Assembly (NCBI GenBank): GCA_963825135.1
Contig: CAWGRW010000010.1
Span: 32,001 to 96,000, forward strand
DNA: 64,000 nucleotides
Origin: an uncultured bacterium
GTDB taxonomy: Bacteria > Desulfobacterota_D > UBA1144 > Nemesobacterales > UBA2774
Direction: 5' to 3'
The notes beneath the pieces are model-generated. The model saw only the letters and a program-made list of their open reading frames with translations. It did no database searches and had not been told where the DNA came from. This document shows, piece after piece, positions 51,875 to 62,953 of the stretch (position 1 is the first letter of the stretch; each line of letters starts with the position of its first letter). The position numbers and the translations under genes are program-made.

Positions 51875-53380
51875 ATGAAAAATTACTCTTTAATCGCTTT
51901 TGCGGTGTTATCCCTATTGGTTGCGTCATGGGTCGGGGAGTCCCGCTCCGCCGATGAGGAGCTCGACGGGCTCGACGCCTTCGTCGAGCTCGCGATGGAG
52001 CAATACGGCGTCCCCGGCGCGTCCGTGGCGGTCGTAAAAGACGGCGACGTCGTATATCTCAAGGGATTCGGCGTGAGGAAAATCGGCAGTAAAGAGAAAG
52101 TCGACGGCGACTCCGTATTTCAGCTCGCGTCGGTTACGAAGACCTTCACCGCCGCATCGGTCGCCTCGATGGTCGACAGGGGCAAGATGAGCTTCGACGA
52201 GGAGGTCATAAAGATAATCCCCGACTTCGCCCTCATGGAGCCCTACTCCACCCGCTTCACGACCCCGCGGGACCTCCTCGCGCACCGCACCGGACTCCCC
52301 CCGTTCACGGGCGACATATTCGACCACCTCGGTTACTCCCGCGACGAGGTCATCAGGCGCGTCCGTTACTTCACCCCCGCCTGCAGCTTCAGGGAGGACG
52401 CGAACTATTCCAACATCGGCTACTTCCTCGCGGGCGAGACGGCGGCCTATGCCGCCGACTCCTCCTGGGAGGACGTGGTGACGGAGAACATAATAAAGCC
52501 CCTAGGCCTCAAACACACGGGTTTTACGTACGATATAGAAGAAGAGGACAACGTCGCCTACCCGCACGCGGATGTGGACGGAGAGACGAAGGTGATTCCG
52601 TTCAACGAGCAGAGGGTGCTCGCACCGGCGGGCGCGATGACTTCGTCGGCGTCCGACCTGGCCCGGTACCTCATCATGTACCTGGACGAGGGGAAATTCA
52701 GGGGCAAGGAAATACTCAGCGCCGAATCGGTAAAGCAGTTATTCACCCCAGCGATCGTGGACAAACCCTCATTCGCGGAATTGCCCCCTATCTCCGATGA
52801 CAACGGGTTCAGCTACGGCCTCGGATGGGGCATCTACTACTGGCATAACCACAAGATTCTGGAGAAAGGCGGCGCGCTCGACGGATACAGGACCGTGGTC
52901 GTCCTCGTACCGGACATGGAGCTCGGCATAGTGGTGCTTTCGAACATGAACCTCACGGTATTCCCCGAGGCCGTGCGCGCGTTCGTGCTGGAACAATACC
53001 TGGGCGAGGCGGGCTTCGACATGCAGGAAGCCATCATGGAAAGGTCCAAGAAAATAGCGGATATGATTGGCACGGACAGGACCGTCCAGCCTAAAGACCC
53101 GCGCCCGCCGAGCAAGGACCTCGACGCATACACGGGCACCTACGAGAACGACCTCTACGGCCGGTTCACGGTCGAGAAGGACGGCGACGCCCTCAGGATC
53201 GAGGCGGGCCCCGCGAAATACGCCGGCACGCTCACGCACGTCAATTACGATACGTTCTACCTGAGCTGGCCAGTATTCATTTCCGTCCCGGATCAGGTTT
53301 CCTTTATAATTGACGCCGGGGGGAACATTACCGAGTTCATAGACGATTCCCTCGGCAGGTTCAAGAGGGTGAACGAATAA
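51875..53380 (+). CDS. Serine hydrolase (beta-lactamase/AmpC-like fold) with DUF3471-like C-terminus
   Basis: SVTK, YSN, KGG motifs; YTGTYEN..YG. Confidence 0.92.
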   Translation: MKNYSLIAFAVLSLLVASWVGESRSADEELDGLDAFVELAMEQYGVPGASVAVVKDGDVVYLKGFGVRKIGSKEKVDGDSVFQLASVTKTFTAASVASMVDRGKMSFDEEVIKIIPDFALMEPYSTRFTTPRDLLAHRTGLPPFTGDIFDHLGYSRDEVIRRVRYFTPACSFREDANYSNIGYFLAGETAAYAADSSWEDVVTENIIKPLGLKHTGFTYDIEEEDNVAYPHADVDGETKVIPFNEQRVLAPAGAMTSSASDLARYLIMYLDEGKFRGKEILSAESVKQLFTPAIVDKPSFAELPPISDDNGFSYGLGWGIYYWHNHKILEKGGALDGYRTVVVLVPDMELGIVVLSNMNLTVFPEAVRAFVLEQYLGEAGFDMQEAIMERSKKIADMIGTDRTVQPKDPRPPSKDLDAYTGTYENDLYGRFTVEKDGDALRIEAGPAKYAGTLTHVNYDTFYLSWPVFISVPDQVSFIIDAGGNITEFIDDSLGRFKRVNE

Positions 53381-54181
53381 CTACCGCCTCGCCTCCGCCC
53401 GGCCTGCCTTGTCATTGCAACGGTTCTGATGAATAAGAAGAACCGGTCGCTGCTGGCTGATTGCATTCAAGCTGCTGTGCCATGGGACGAACCTGCCAAA
53501 TAAAAGCTGCGAAGCAGCGCGGCAATCTCGCCTTTTCTTCCCCGACATTACAGAATCTGCGGCGGGTGCTCACCCGCACATTAATTTCCCTCCCCCCTTT
53601 TTTAAAGTGGGAACGGATGCGAGCGTGCAAGCATTCGGTCGCTCTTCCAACAAAGTCCGTGAGGCATATCAACCCCCCGCTCGACGATGCCTGAGCCAAA
53701 ATAGTTAGGATGGGGGTGGTCACCTTACCCCCCAATCAAGCAAGAAAGCCTTTTCTTCCCCGACATTACAGAATTTGCGGCGGGCACACACAATGTGTGT
53801 CTCTACGATTCTTCCGTAACTCCTCTGCTCAACCAGCAACGAAGCCCAACCCGTCCGTGCTGAGCTAGTCGAAGCACGTTACCGACATTACAGAATTTGC
53901 GTCTAGAAAATCGATTGTACGAGCGTTAAAAATCTTCCACGGGCTGGGGTTGAATTGGAAGATTTAGCGAGTACATGAGATTTTTAGCACAATTCTGTAG
54001 TCGGATGATTTTTGCTTCTTTGTATCCAGACAAAGAAGAAAATAGAATTGTCTTTGCTTTTTCTTTGTCTTTTCGAGAACCACACTACGTGTGTGATTTT
54101 TGCTTCTTTTCATCAAGGAAAAGAAGAGGTATTTATCTTTCCTTTTTTTATTGTAATACCGGAAAGCGAATCAGCACCCCG

Positions 54182-54439
54182 TCAAGGCCCTTCGCACGGC
54201 ACGTTTGGCGGCGTGTCGTTACCCATATACGACGCGCACCTCTCGAGGTCGGCGCAGCTTATCTTGTTCTGCTTGCTCGCCGGGTCCATAGCCTCGTACG
54301 CCTCGACGCTCACAGGAATGTTATTGCAAATGCTCATGTCGAACCCGTCGTCCTTCTGCGCGCTCTCGTTCTGACCCGCACACGCGCCGAGCGCGAAAGC
54401 CCCGATCACGAGCGCCTTACATAGATCCTTCTTCGTCAT
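54182..54439 (-). CDS. Small Cys-containing lipoprotein
   Basis: Lipobox LGAC; GGAGG RBS. Confidence 0.7.
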   Translation of the reverse strand: MTKKDLCKALVIGAFALGACAGQNESAQKDDGFDMSICNNIPVSVEAYEAMDPASKQNKISCADLERCASYMGNDTPPNVPCEGP

Positions 54440-54579
54440 GCCAATCGTCCCTCCTGTAAATTATGCTGAAGCCGCAATACATTATACACCCGATAGCGAA
54501 ATAAATTAATCACCCCCCATCACCCCATTGCCATTCCCCCGGCGCCGATTATATTTTTCCGGAGCGGTGGAATACCACA

Positions 54580-54945
54580 ATGACCGATACGAAACACGGC
54601 GCCGGAAGCGAAAATCGCCACGCCGGAGACGTCGATAAATACTACTACTACCTCAACATGATAACGGAGAACGTCCGTAACGGCTATAACCTCATGGTCG
54701 TCAAATACTGCGATCTCTCCCTGCCCCTCATCCCCTCCCTCATCGAACAGACGCTCCGAGATTCGGGCGAATTCGACATCACGAATATCCCCGCGATCGA
54801 GCTCGGGGCGAAGATATGGAGCCATCAGGGGAGGAGAGACAGGATAGACGAGCTCGCGCGGCTCGTCTCCGCCCATCCGGAGCTCGCCCCCTGGCGGATA
54901 CACATCGACCGCGCATACGCCGTACTCAGCGAAGCGGAAAAATAA
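54580..54945 (+). CDS. Hypothetical protein
   Basis: 121-aa ORF with host-like codon bias. Confidence 0.6.
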   Translation: MTDTKHGAGSENRHAGDVDKYYYYLNMITENVRNGYNLMVVKYCDLSLPLIPSLIEQTLRDSGEFDITNIPAIELGAKIWSHQGRRDRIDELARLVSAHPELAPWRIHIDRAYAVLSEAEK

Positions 54946-55567
54946 ACCCCCTGCAACCCGCTCTTTTGTCTTTTTAGCGGCACTCCGGAATTTGCGGCGA
55001 GTGAGCACCCGCGGGCATATCATCTCTACCTCCCCCTCAGCTCAATCAACTCTCGTAGCCAAACCCGTTCGTGCTGAGCTAGTCGAAGCACGTTACCGAC
55101 ATTACAGAATTTGCGTTAAGAAAATCGCGTGTTTAAGCGTTAAGAAATCTTTGAGCAGTCCAATTGAAAGATTTTAGCTTAAACACAAGATTTTTAGCGT
55201 AATTCTGTAGTCGGATGATTTTTGCTTCTTTGTATCCAGACAAAGAAGAAAATATATTGTCTTTGCTTTTCATAATCCAAACTACGTGTGTGATTTTTGC
55301 TTCTTTTCATCGAGGAAAAGAAGGATTAAAAAAATCATCCTTTCACCTTTCTTTTCTGTCTTTCCGAAAGATCACATTGCGCTTGCGTCGCAGCTGGCCT
55401 GTCCAAGACTCGATCCTACAAGGGTTTGTCATTTCGAGGTAAAGCCGAGAAATCCATCTTTTCCCTCTCGACATTCCCAGAATCCTCTGCAATCCCTCCG
55501 CTCTCCCTCCCCACTTTGAATTTCCCTCTCTATCCATTATTCTTTTTAGCTACATCCAGAGGAGCAC

Positions 55568-56389
55568 ATGAGCAGAACATTGATCGGAATCTTCATCGCA
55601 GCGGCGCTGCTGGCGGCGCTGGCGCATCCCCTCCCCGCCCTTTCCCGGGACATGGACGGCTCCATGCTCGCGGAGAGTCCCGCCGGGAAGCCGGCCGATA
55701 ATCCCGCCCCGCCCCCGGGCGCGGCGAAAGAGCTCACCCTCGACGAAATTCTGGCGAAATACTACGGAGCGATAGGCGGGCTCGGGAACTGGGAGTCTCT
55801 CAGCACCCTCGTCATCAAGGGCACGATATTCTCCCAGAACGCGGAGATAACGACGACCGGCGAGTACATGCGCCCCGACAAGTGCAGGGTGTCGTATAAA
55901 ATAGGAGGCAAGCTCGTCGTTCAGTCCTTCAACGGCGAGACCGCCTGGCAGCAGAGCGCCCTATCGAAAAGCGTCGCGCCCGAAACCCTCGACGCCGAGC
56001 GCACTAATTACCTACGCGACAGGTGCGGCATAGAGAGCCCCCTCATCGACTACGCGAAAAAGAACCTCAGGGTTACGCTCGAAGGCAAAGACCTCGTCGA
56101 CGGCAAGGACTCCTACAAAATCAAGGTCACTTACTCTTCGGGAAATTTCCAGTACTACCTGCTCAACGCCTCGTCGTTCCTCCCCGTGAAAACGGTCGGT
56201 TTTTACAACGTAGGCGGAAAGCAAGTCGTCATGATGACCAGGTTCAAGGAATACAAGAGGGTGGGAAGCATCCTCGTCCCGTTTAAGCTCGCGATAGAGA
56301 AAAAAGGGAACGCGCCGCGCGAAGAATACGTCGTCGAATCCGTCACTCCCAACGCCCCCCTCGACCCCGCAATATTCAACATGCCCTGA
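55568..56389 (+). CDS. LolA-like outer-membrane lipoprotein-sorting family protein
   Basis: ILAKYYGAIGG, RPDKCR, FNGETAW, LDPAIF. Confidence 0.8.
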   Translation: MSRTLIGIFIAAALLAALAHPLPALSRDMDGSMLAESPAGKPADNPAPPPGAAKELTLDEILAKYYGAIGGLGNWESLSTLVIKGTIFSQNAEITTTGEYMRPDKCRVSYKIGGKLVVQSFNGETAWQQSALSKSVAPETLDAERTNYLRDRCGIESPLIDYAKKNLRVTLEGKDLVDGKDSYKIKVTYSSGNFQYYLLNASSFLPVKTVGFYNVGGKQVVMMTRFKEYKRVGSILVPFKLAIEKKGNAPREEYVVESVTPNAPLDPAIFNMP

Positions 56390-57227
56390 CGCCCGCACAC
56401 ACGTAGCGTGTTCCACGATCCTTCCGTATGTCTTCCGCCTAACCCGGCGACACGCCGCCCCGTTCACCCCGAGCGCACACGAAGTGTGCTGTCGAATGGT
56501 CTTCCTTAATTCCCTCCCCCTCAACAGGAGGGGGGAGGGTCAAGGGTGGGGGTGCACCTCAATATTTTTGTCATTGCAATGGTTCTGAGGAATAAGAAGA
56601 CCCGTTCGTGCTGGCTGATTGCATTCAAGCTGCCGTGCCGTGGGACGAACCTGCCAAATAAAATGTGTGAGAGCAGCGCGGCAATCTCGTCTTTCTTCCC
56701 GACATTACAGAATCTGCGGCGGGTGAGCACCCGCGGGCATACGATCTCTATTCCCTCCTCTGCCTAATCAACTCCTGAAGCCCAACCCGTTCGTGCTGAG
56801 CTGTCGAAGCACGTTACCGACATTACAGAATTTGCGTAAAGAAAATCGATTGTACGAGCGTTAAAAATCTTACGTGGGCCGGGGCGGGATCGGAAGATTT
56901 AGCGAGTACATGAGATTTTTAGCACAATTATGTAGTCGGATGATTTTTGCTTCTTTTCATCAAGAAAAGAAGGAATAAAAGCCTCACCTTTTCTTTGTCT
57001 TTCCTTTGCTTCTTTTCATGTCCTGAATTCATCAAGGAAAAGAAGGATCAAATCAAATAGCCTTTCACCTTTCTTTGTCTTTCCTCCGTCCGTACGCAAG
57101 GTGTATGGAGAACGCACAGGCCCCGCTTTCGAAATTCCACAAATCAGATGTATTATTAACCCATACGCCCGGCTCCCGTCCGGCCGCCCTGCACGGGTCG
57201 CTTTCGAACCGGAACCATCGCCCAACA

Positions 57228-57962
57228 ATGAAGAACAAGAGTGAACTCGTCATACCCGTCCTCGTCATCGCCCTGCTCGTCTCGGTAGCCGCGTGGATTC
57301 TATACAGCTATACGGGCGACCTCCGGTTCTACAAGAGACTCCGCGACCGCGGCGTCGAAACGACCGCGCTTGTCAAAATGAAGGCGATAATGAAGGACGG
57401 CGCTCTCGTCAGGGCGAGCGTAACGTCCTCGTCCGACGACCACAGGGTCATGGTATCCGTACGCATGCCCGGCGGGATATCCTCCGTCTGCACGCTCCGG
57501 GTATCGAAGTACACGTACGACGTCATATCCAGGCGCGACATACTGGACATAGCCTACCTCCCGGACGACCCCTCGCAATGCACGCTCCCCGACGGGATTG
57601 AGGTGAACCTCTACCTCCTGGGCTCCCTTCTGGCTGCCGCATTGTTCCTGCTCCTCCTCGCGGCCGGGTTCTCTTACTATGTGTACAGGTCGTTCAGAAA
57701 ACCGCCCCCCGGCAAAGAGACGGCGCTTACGACCGAGCTCGGAATTTCAGGCGGCATGGATTGCCCGGCGTGCGGCGCGCCGATGACCGAAGGCTACATG
57801 CCCACGGTCGGCGGCGTATCCTGGCGGGACAGGGACGATCCCATCGGCATCCCCACGATGTTCACCGGACTCCCCGGCACGACGTACTTTATAAAGCGCC
57901 CGGCCCTCCACGCTTACAGGTGCGAGCCCTGCCGTATAATCACTTTTAAATACGGCGGATAG
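57228..57962 (+). CDS. Membrane protein (DUF3592-like) with C-terminal zinc ribbon
   Basis: TM-LRDRGVET..YLPDDP-TM; CPACG..M.EG...RCEPC. Confidence 0.7.
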   Translation: MKNKSELVIPVLVIALLVSVAAWILYSYTGDLRFYKRLRDRGVETTALVKMKAIMKDGALVRASVTSSSDDHRVMVSVRMPGGISSVCTLRVSKYTYDVISRRDILDIAYLPDDPSQCTLPDGIEVNLYLLGSLLAAALFLLLLAAGFSYYVYRSFRKPPPGKETALTTELGISGGMDCPACGAPMTEGYMPTVGGVSWRDRDDPIGIPTMFTGLPGTTYFIKRPALHAYRCEPCRIITFKYGG

Positions 57963-58125
57963 CCTTCGTATTTCTCAGGTTTTTCATTATGGTCCGCAAA
58001 ACGCGCCGTCGCACGTCCGCCCGGTCTCCGGCCCTCATCGAGAAAGGCCTTTAAATTCCTATTGTAATTCGCGCTTTTTACTATAATCTTCAATAACATA
58101 TCTATACTAATTCAGGAGCGGTCCG

Positions 58126-58989
58126 ATGCGACGGAATCTATGCCTTATATTATTTTCAGCAGCCTTAATAGGATTTTTTGGGGCGGTATCCTGCAGACGC
58201 GCGGATGAAAAAGAGCATGCGAAGAAGGAGGAGCAGAAACAGTCGCCCTCCGAAAAAAACACCCCGGTCGAGCCCCGTCATGAGGCAGCAGCCGTTCCTT
58301 CCGGAACAGACACCGACGTCGACGCGATACTGACGAAATACTTCGAGGCTATCGGAGGCCCCGCAAAGTGGAACGAGGTCAAGACCCTCAAATACACGGG
58401 CAAGATGGACTCGATGGGCAAGCTTTTCCAGATGGCGATAGTTTACAAGCGCCCCGATAAGTGCAGGATAGACTTCAGCCTCGGCCATATCTATTTCATA
58501 CAGTCTTACGACGGCAAGGAGGCCTGGAAGTACAACCCCACCACGGAGGGCAGCAAGCCCGAAGTCCTCGAAGGGGACGACGCGGACGACCTGCTGGAAA
58601 CATGCGACTTCGACGGCCCGCTCGTCGACCCCAAGTCCAAGGGCATAAAGGTCGAGCTTGTAGGAAAGGAGACAATCGAGGGCCGGGAAGCATACAATCT
58701 CAAGGTAACGTTCAAGAGCGGGAACGTCGACAACTACTACCTCGACGCGAAAACATACCTGCCGTTCATGGTAAAAGGGACGACGAAACAGAACGGGAAG
58801 GTGCTCCCTTCAACCACGACCATCGACCAGTACATAGATACCGGCGGCGTGGTCATACCCTATTATTTCAAGTTCGACGCAGAGGGCAGCGAGGGCAGCG
58901 AGGAAATAAAGGTATCAACGGTAGAGCTCAACGCCAAACTCGACGACACTGTCTTCTCATTCCCCCGCCGCGTCGAAGACTCCTACTAG
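58126..58989 (+). CDS. LolA-like lipoprotein, paralogue of 55568-56389
   Basis: Lipobox AVSC; ILTKYFEAIGG, RPDKCR, YDGKEAW. Confidence 0.8.
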   Translation: MRRNLCLILFSAALIGFFGAVSCRRADEKEHAKKEEQKQSPSEKNTPVEPRHEAAAVPSGTDTDVDAILTKYFEAIGGPAKWNEVKTLKYTGKMDSMGKLFQMAIVYKRPDKCRIDFSLGHIYFIQSYDGKEAWKYNPTTEGSKPEVLEGDDADDLLETCDFDGPLVDPKSKGIKVELVGKETIEGREAYNLKVTFKSGNVDNYYLDAKTYLPFMVKGTTKQNGKVLPSTTTIDQYIDTGGVVIPYYFKFDAEGSEGSEEIKVSTVELNAKLDDTVFSFPRRVEDSY

Positions 58990-59223
58990 GGCGCACGCGC
59001 GCCACGCTGCGTGCGTCATTTCATCGAGGAAGTGAAGAACAAGCTATTCGTCTTGTGTCCTGAATCCTGACACCTCGGAGTGCGCCGATTGCCGCCTCCG
59101 GCCGTATGCGCGCCTGAAACATGAAGGATCACGGCAGGATACGGAGAATGATCCGGACGGCACACGCTTTGCAATCAATAGATAGGGCCGGGACGTGTTA
59201 AACTATCATTAGGAGGTACTCAA

Positions 59224-59652
59224 ATGAGCCTGGAAACACTTTGCAGAAGAGAAATAGTATGCGTTGACGTAAAAACCAAAGTACTCGAAGCGACCCAACT
59301 CATGGAAGAGATGAACGTAGGGAGCGTCGTCGTCATTCAGAACGACAGGCCCGTCGGCATAGTCACGGACAGGGACATAGTCCTGAGGGTGATAAACAAG
59401 AAGCTTGACCCCGCCAAATGCCCCATTGGCGACATCATGTCTCTGGATGTCGTAACCTTTAGGCAGAATACCGGCCTCTACGAAGCGCTAGAACAAATAA
59501 AGGAGAGCGGGAACAGCGTGCGCCGATTCCCCATCGTGGACGAGAACGGAGCGATAAAGGGCATCATCACGCTCGACGACGTCATCTATCTGCTCGGAAA
59601 GGAGATGTCCGACGTCGCGGCGATAATCGAGAACGAGCGCCCGAAGCTGTAA
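59224..59652 (+). CDS. CBS-domain protein
   Basis: GIVTDRDIV, RRFPIVD, GIITLDD. Confidence 0.93.
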   Translation: MSLETLCRREIVCVDVKTKVLEATQLMEEMNVGSVVVIQNDRPVGIVTDRDIVLRVINKKLDPAKCPIGDIMSLDVVTFRQNTGLYEALEQIKESGNSVRRFPIVDENGAIKGIITLDDVIYLLGKEMSDVAAIIENERPKL

Positions 59653-60582
59653 AATAACTCTTCACGCCTCCATTCCATAATTCCCGTTCTTTTCCAATCC
59701 GCCCCTCCTCGCTTATCATTCCGTAAGTCTTCTGCCTACCCCGGCAACCGCCGCCTCATCATATGTCCGCGGCGACTCGTCGCCGCGCTCACCCCGAGCA
59801 CACACGCACGTAGTGCGTTTCTACGATCCTTCCGTAACTCCTCTGCCATCGCCAGGGAATGAGCCCAACCCGTTCACCCTGCGCGCACACGAAGCGTGCT
59901 GTCGAAGGGTTTCTTCCTTTCAATTTCCCCCTTAGAAAAAGGAGGGCTAGGGAGGATTTAGTTTTACCCCGTTCGTGCTGAGCTTGTCGAAGCACGTTAC
60001 CGACATTACAGAATTTGCGTTAAGAAAATCGATTGTACGAGCGTTAAAAATCTTCCACGGGACGATTCCGAACTAGCGAGGAATCGGACGCCCTCTCCTA
60101 TCCGCACGACGTTAGTTAGCCACGGACATCGCTAAACTATCGCTCCGATGGGGTTGAATTGGAAGATTTAGCGAGTACATGAGATTTTTAGCACAATTCT
60201 GTAGTCGGATGATTTTTGCTTCTTTTCATCAAGGAAAAGAAGGATAAAAAAACGGTCTTTCACCTTTCTTTTCTTTTGTCTTCTCATAATCCACACTTCG
60301 CGTGTTCATCAAGGAAAAGAAAGATTAAAAAAACAGCCTTTCACCTTTCTTTTGTCCTTTCGAAAGATCACATTGCGCTTGCGTCGCGGCTGCAACCCGC
60401 TCCTACAGGGTTTGTCATTGCCAGCTGTGCGGGAAATTCATCATCCCCTTTTCCCCGTCCTTCAGGCCCAGCCTACCCCCTCCCCTCCCCTCCGGATTGA
60501 CACGGCCCCGCCTTTATGAGACTATCTCTATTCAGGCGCACAATACGTTTTGTGCCTTTATCCGGCAAAGGAGAAAACGCCC

Positions 60583-62013
60583 GTGCTCAAGACCCCCGAG
60601 GAATACGTCGAAAGCCTGAGAGAGCTCGACCCCGTAGTTTACATGAAGGGGAAACGAGTCGAGAGCGTCCCTGACGAGCCCATGCTGGAGCCCGGCATTA
60701 ACGCCGTCTCGGTCACGTACGAATTCGCGCTCCTGCCGGAGTACGCGGACACGATGACGGCCGTCTCTCACGTCACGGGCAGGAAGGTCAACCGACTGCT
60801 TCACATCAACACGTCCCAGAACGACTTGTTGAAAAAGCTCGAGATGGTGAGGCTCCTCTGCCGGGAAACAGGGTGCGCCCAGCGCTACCTCTGCCACGAC
60901 GCGTTAAACGCCCTCTACGAAACGACTCACAACGTCGACCTCAGGTTCGGCACCGACTATCACGTAAAGTTCCTCACGTACCTCGAATACCTGCAGGACG
61001 CGGACCTCACCGCGTGCGTCGCCATGACGGACGCCAAGGGCGACCGCACGAAGCGCCCCCACCAGCAGCACGACCCCGACCTCTACCTCCGCATCGTCGG
61101 GCGCGAAGACGCCGGTATTACCGTGCGGGGCATAAAGGCGATAGTCACGGGCGCCCCCTACACGCACGAAATAATAGTCCTCCCCACGCGCAGCATGACT
61201 GCGGAGGACGAAGACTACGCCCTGTCCTTCGCTATACCCATAGACACCGAAGGGGTAGAGCTCGTCTCCCGGCAGGCCGGAAGGCCCGGAGAGTCGGGCG
61301 CTCCGCTCACCTCCCGGTACGGCCAGGCCACGGCGCAGATTCTGTTCGACGACGTATTCATACCGTGGGACAGGGTATTCCTCGCCGGGGAATGGGAGCT
61401 CGCGGGCTCTCTCACCGAGAGCTTCGCCACGCACCACAGGGTCTCATGCATAGGCGCGAGGGCCGGGCTCGGCGACATGCTCATCGGCGCATCCGCAGCG
61501 CTCGCAGAGGCGAACGGACTCGACCCTCAGAAAACCGGGCACATCAGGGACAAGATATCCGACCTCATAAAATACGTGGAATCGTCCTACGCTTGCGGCG
61601 TTACGGCCGCCGTGTTCGGAAAGGAGACACGCGCGGGCAACTTCATACCCGACCCGGTCTACTCGAATATCGGCAAGCTCCTCCAGGGGGTGCACATATA
61701 CGATATGTTCAGGATAGTGCACGACACGGCGGGCGGCATCTTGGTCGCGTCTCCATACCCCGAGGACATGGAATCCCCCGCGGTGGGAGAACGGCTCACG
61801 CGCTACCTCCAGGGCAGGGAAGACATTCCGGCCGACTACAGGCTCTCCGTAGCGAGGCTCCTTGAGGACATCACCGCGTCATACCAGGGAGGCTGGTATT
61901 CCGTCATCAGCATATCCGGAGGCGGCTCGCCCGAAGCCACGCGCCTCGAGGTCATGCGCAAATACGACATCGACGAGCGCAAATCCCTCGCCGAAAAAAT
62001 CTCCGGCGCCTAG
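60583..62013 (+). CDS. 4-hydroxyphenylacetate 3-hydroxylase / 4-hydroxybutyryl-CoA dehydratase family protein
   Basis: EYVESLR, AMTDAKGDR..RP..Q.DPD, FDDVFIPWDRVFL, GGGSP. Confidence 0.88.
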   Translation: MLKTPEEYVESLRELDPVVYMKGKRVESVPDEPMLEPGINAVSVTYEFALLPEYADTMTAVSHVTGRKVNRLLHINTSQNDLLKKLEMVRLLCRETGCAQRYLCHDALNALYETTHNVDLRFGTDYHVKFLTYLEYLQDADLTACVAMTDAKGDRTKRPHQQHDPDLYLRIVGREDAGITVRGIKAIVTGAPYTHEIIVLPTRSMTAEDEDYALSFAIPIDTEGVELVSRQAGRPGESGAPLTSRYGQATAQILFDDVFIPWDRVFLAGEWELAGSLTESFATHHRVSCIGARAGLGDMLIGASAALAEANGLDPQKTGHIRDKISDLIKYVESSYACGVTAAVFGKETRAGNFIPDPVYSNIGKLLQGVHIYDMFRIVHDTAGGILVASPYPEDMESPAVGERLTRYLQGREDIPADYRLSVARLLEDITASYQGGWYSVISISGGGSPEATRLEVMRKYDIDERKSLAEKISGA

Positions 62014-62953
62014 CGCGCACGCACGTAGTGCGTTTCTATGATCCTTCCGAAACTCTTACGCTCAAACCGGCAACCTCGCCCAACCCGTTCGTGCTGAGCT
62101 AGTCGAAGCACGTTACCGACATTACAGAATTTGCGGCACACAATGTGTGCTCATATACGATTCTTCCGTAATTCCTCCGCCATCGCCAGGCAATTAGCCA
62201 AACCCGTTCACCCCGAGCGCACACGAAGTGCGCTGTCGAAGGGTCCTCCTTAATTCCCTCCCCCTCAATAGGAGGGGGGAGGGTCGAGGGTGGGGGTGTA
62301 CCTTAATCATTCTGTCATTGCAATGGTTCTGATGAATAAGAAGAACCGGTCGCTGCTGGCTGATTGCATTCAAGTCGCTATGCCATGGGACGAACCTGCC
62401 AAATAAAATCTGAGAGAGAAGCGCGGCAATCTAGTTTTTTCTTTATCTTCCCCGACATTACAGAATTTGCGTTAAGAAAATCGATTGTACGAGCGTTAAA
62501 AATCTTACGTGGGCTGGGGTTGAATTGGAAGATTTAGCGAGTACATGAGATTTTTAGCAAATTATGTAGTCGGATGATTTTTGCTTTTTTTCATCAAGGA
62601 AAAGAAGGATAAATAAATGGCCTTTCACCTTTCTTTGTCTTTCCTTCGTCCGTACGCAATGTGTATGGAGAACGCACAGGCTCCGATTGGGGCGGAATCG
62701 GAAGATTTAGCGAGTACGTGAGATTTTTAGCAAATTCTGTAGAGTCCTTTCGGAAACCACACTATGTGTGTGATTTTTGCTTCTTTTCATCAAGGAAAAG
62801 AAGGATAAAAAAACAGCTTTTCACCTTTCTTTTGTCTTTCCCGAAAGCCTTTATCGGGAATCCAGCCTTTAATCTTGTTCTTGGATTTATACTACTGGGC
62901 GGATTACGGGAATGTAAATCGAGAACCGCGGATATCACACCCTTGGCAATTCT

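Larger units (their letters stand above)
37499..62573 (+). repeat. Dispersed ~122-bp imperfect hairpin repeat (CCGACATTACAGAATTTGC...GCAAATTCTGTAGTCGG), ~10 near-complete copies plus half copies
   Basis: Copies start at ~37499, 38495, 43837, 48906, 50919, 53882, 55096, 56817, 60000 and 62452. Confidence 0.9.

Noticed and set aside
37499..62760. CRISPR array or integron attC array
   Set aside because: Irregular kb-scale spacing, intervening genes on both strands, no cas or intI gene, and no clean RYYYAAC/GTTRRRY pairing
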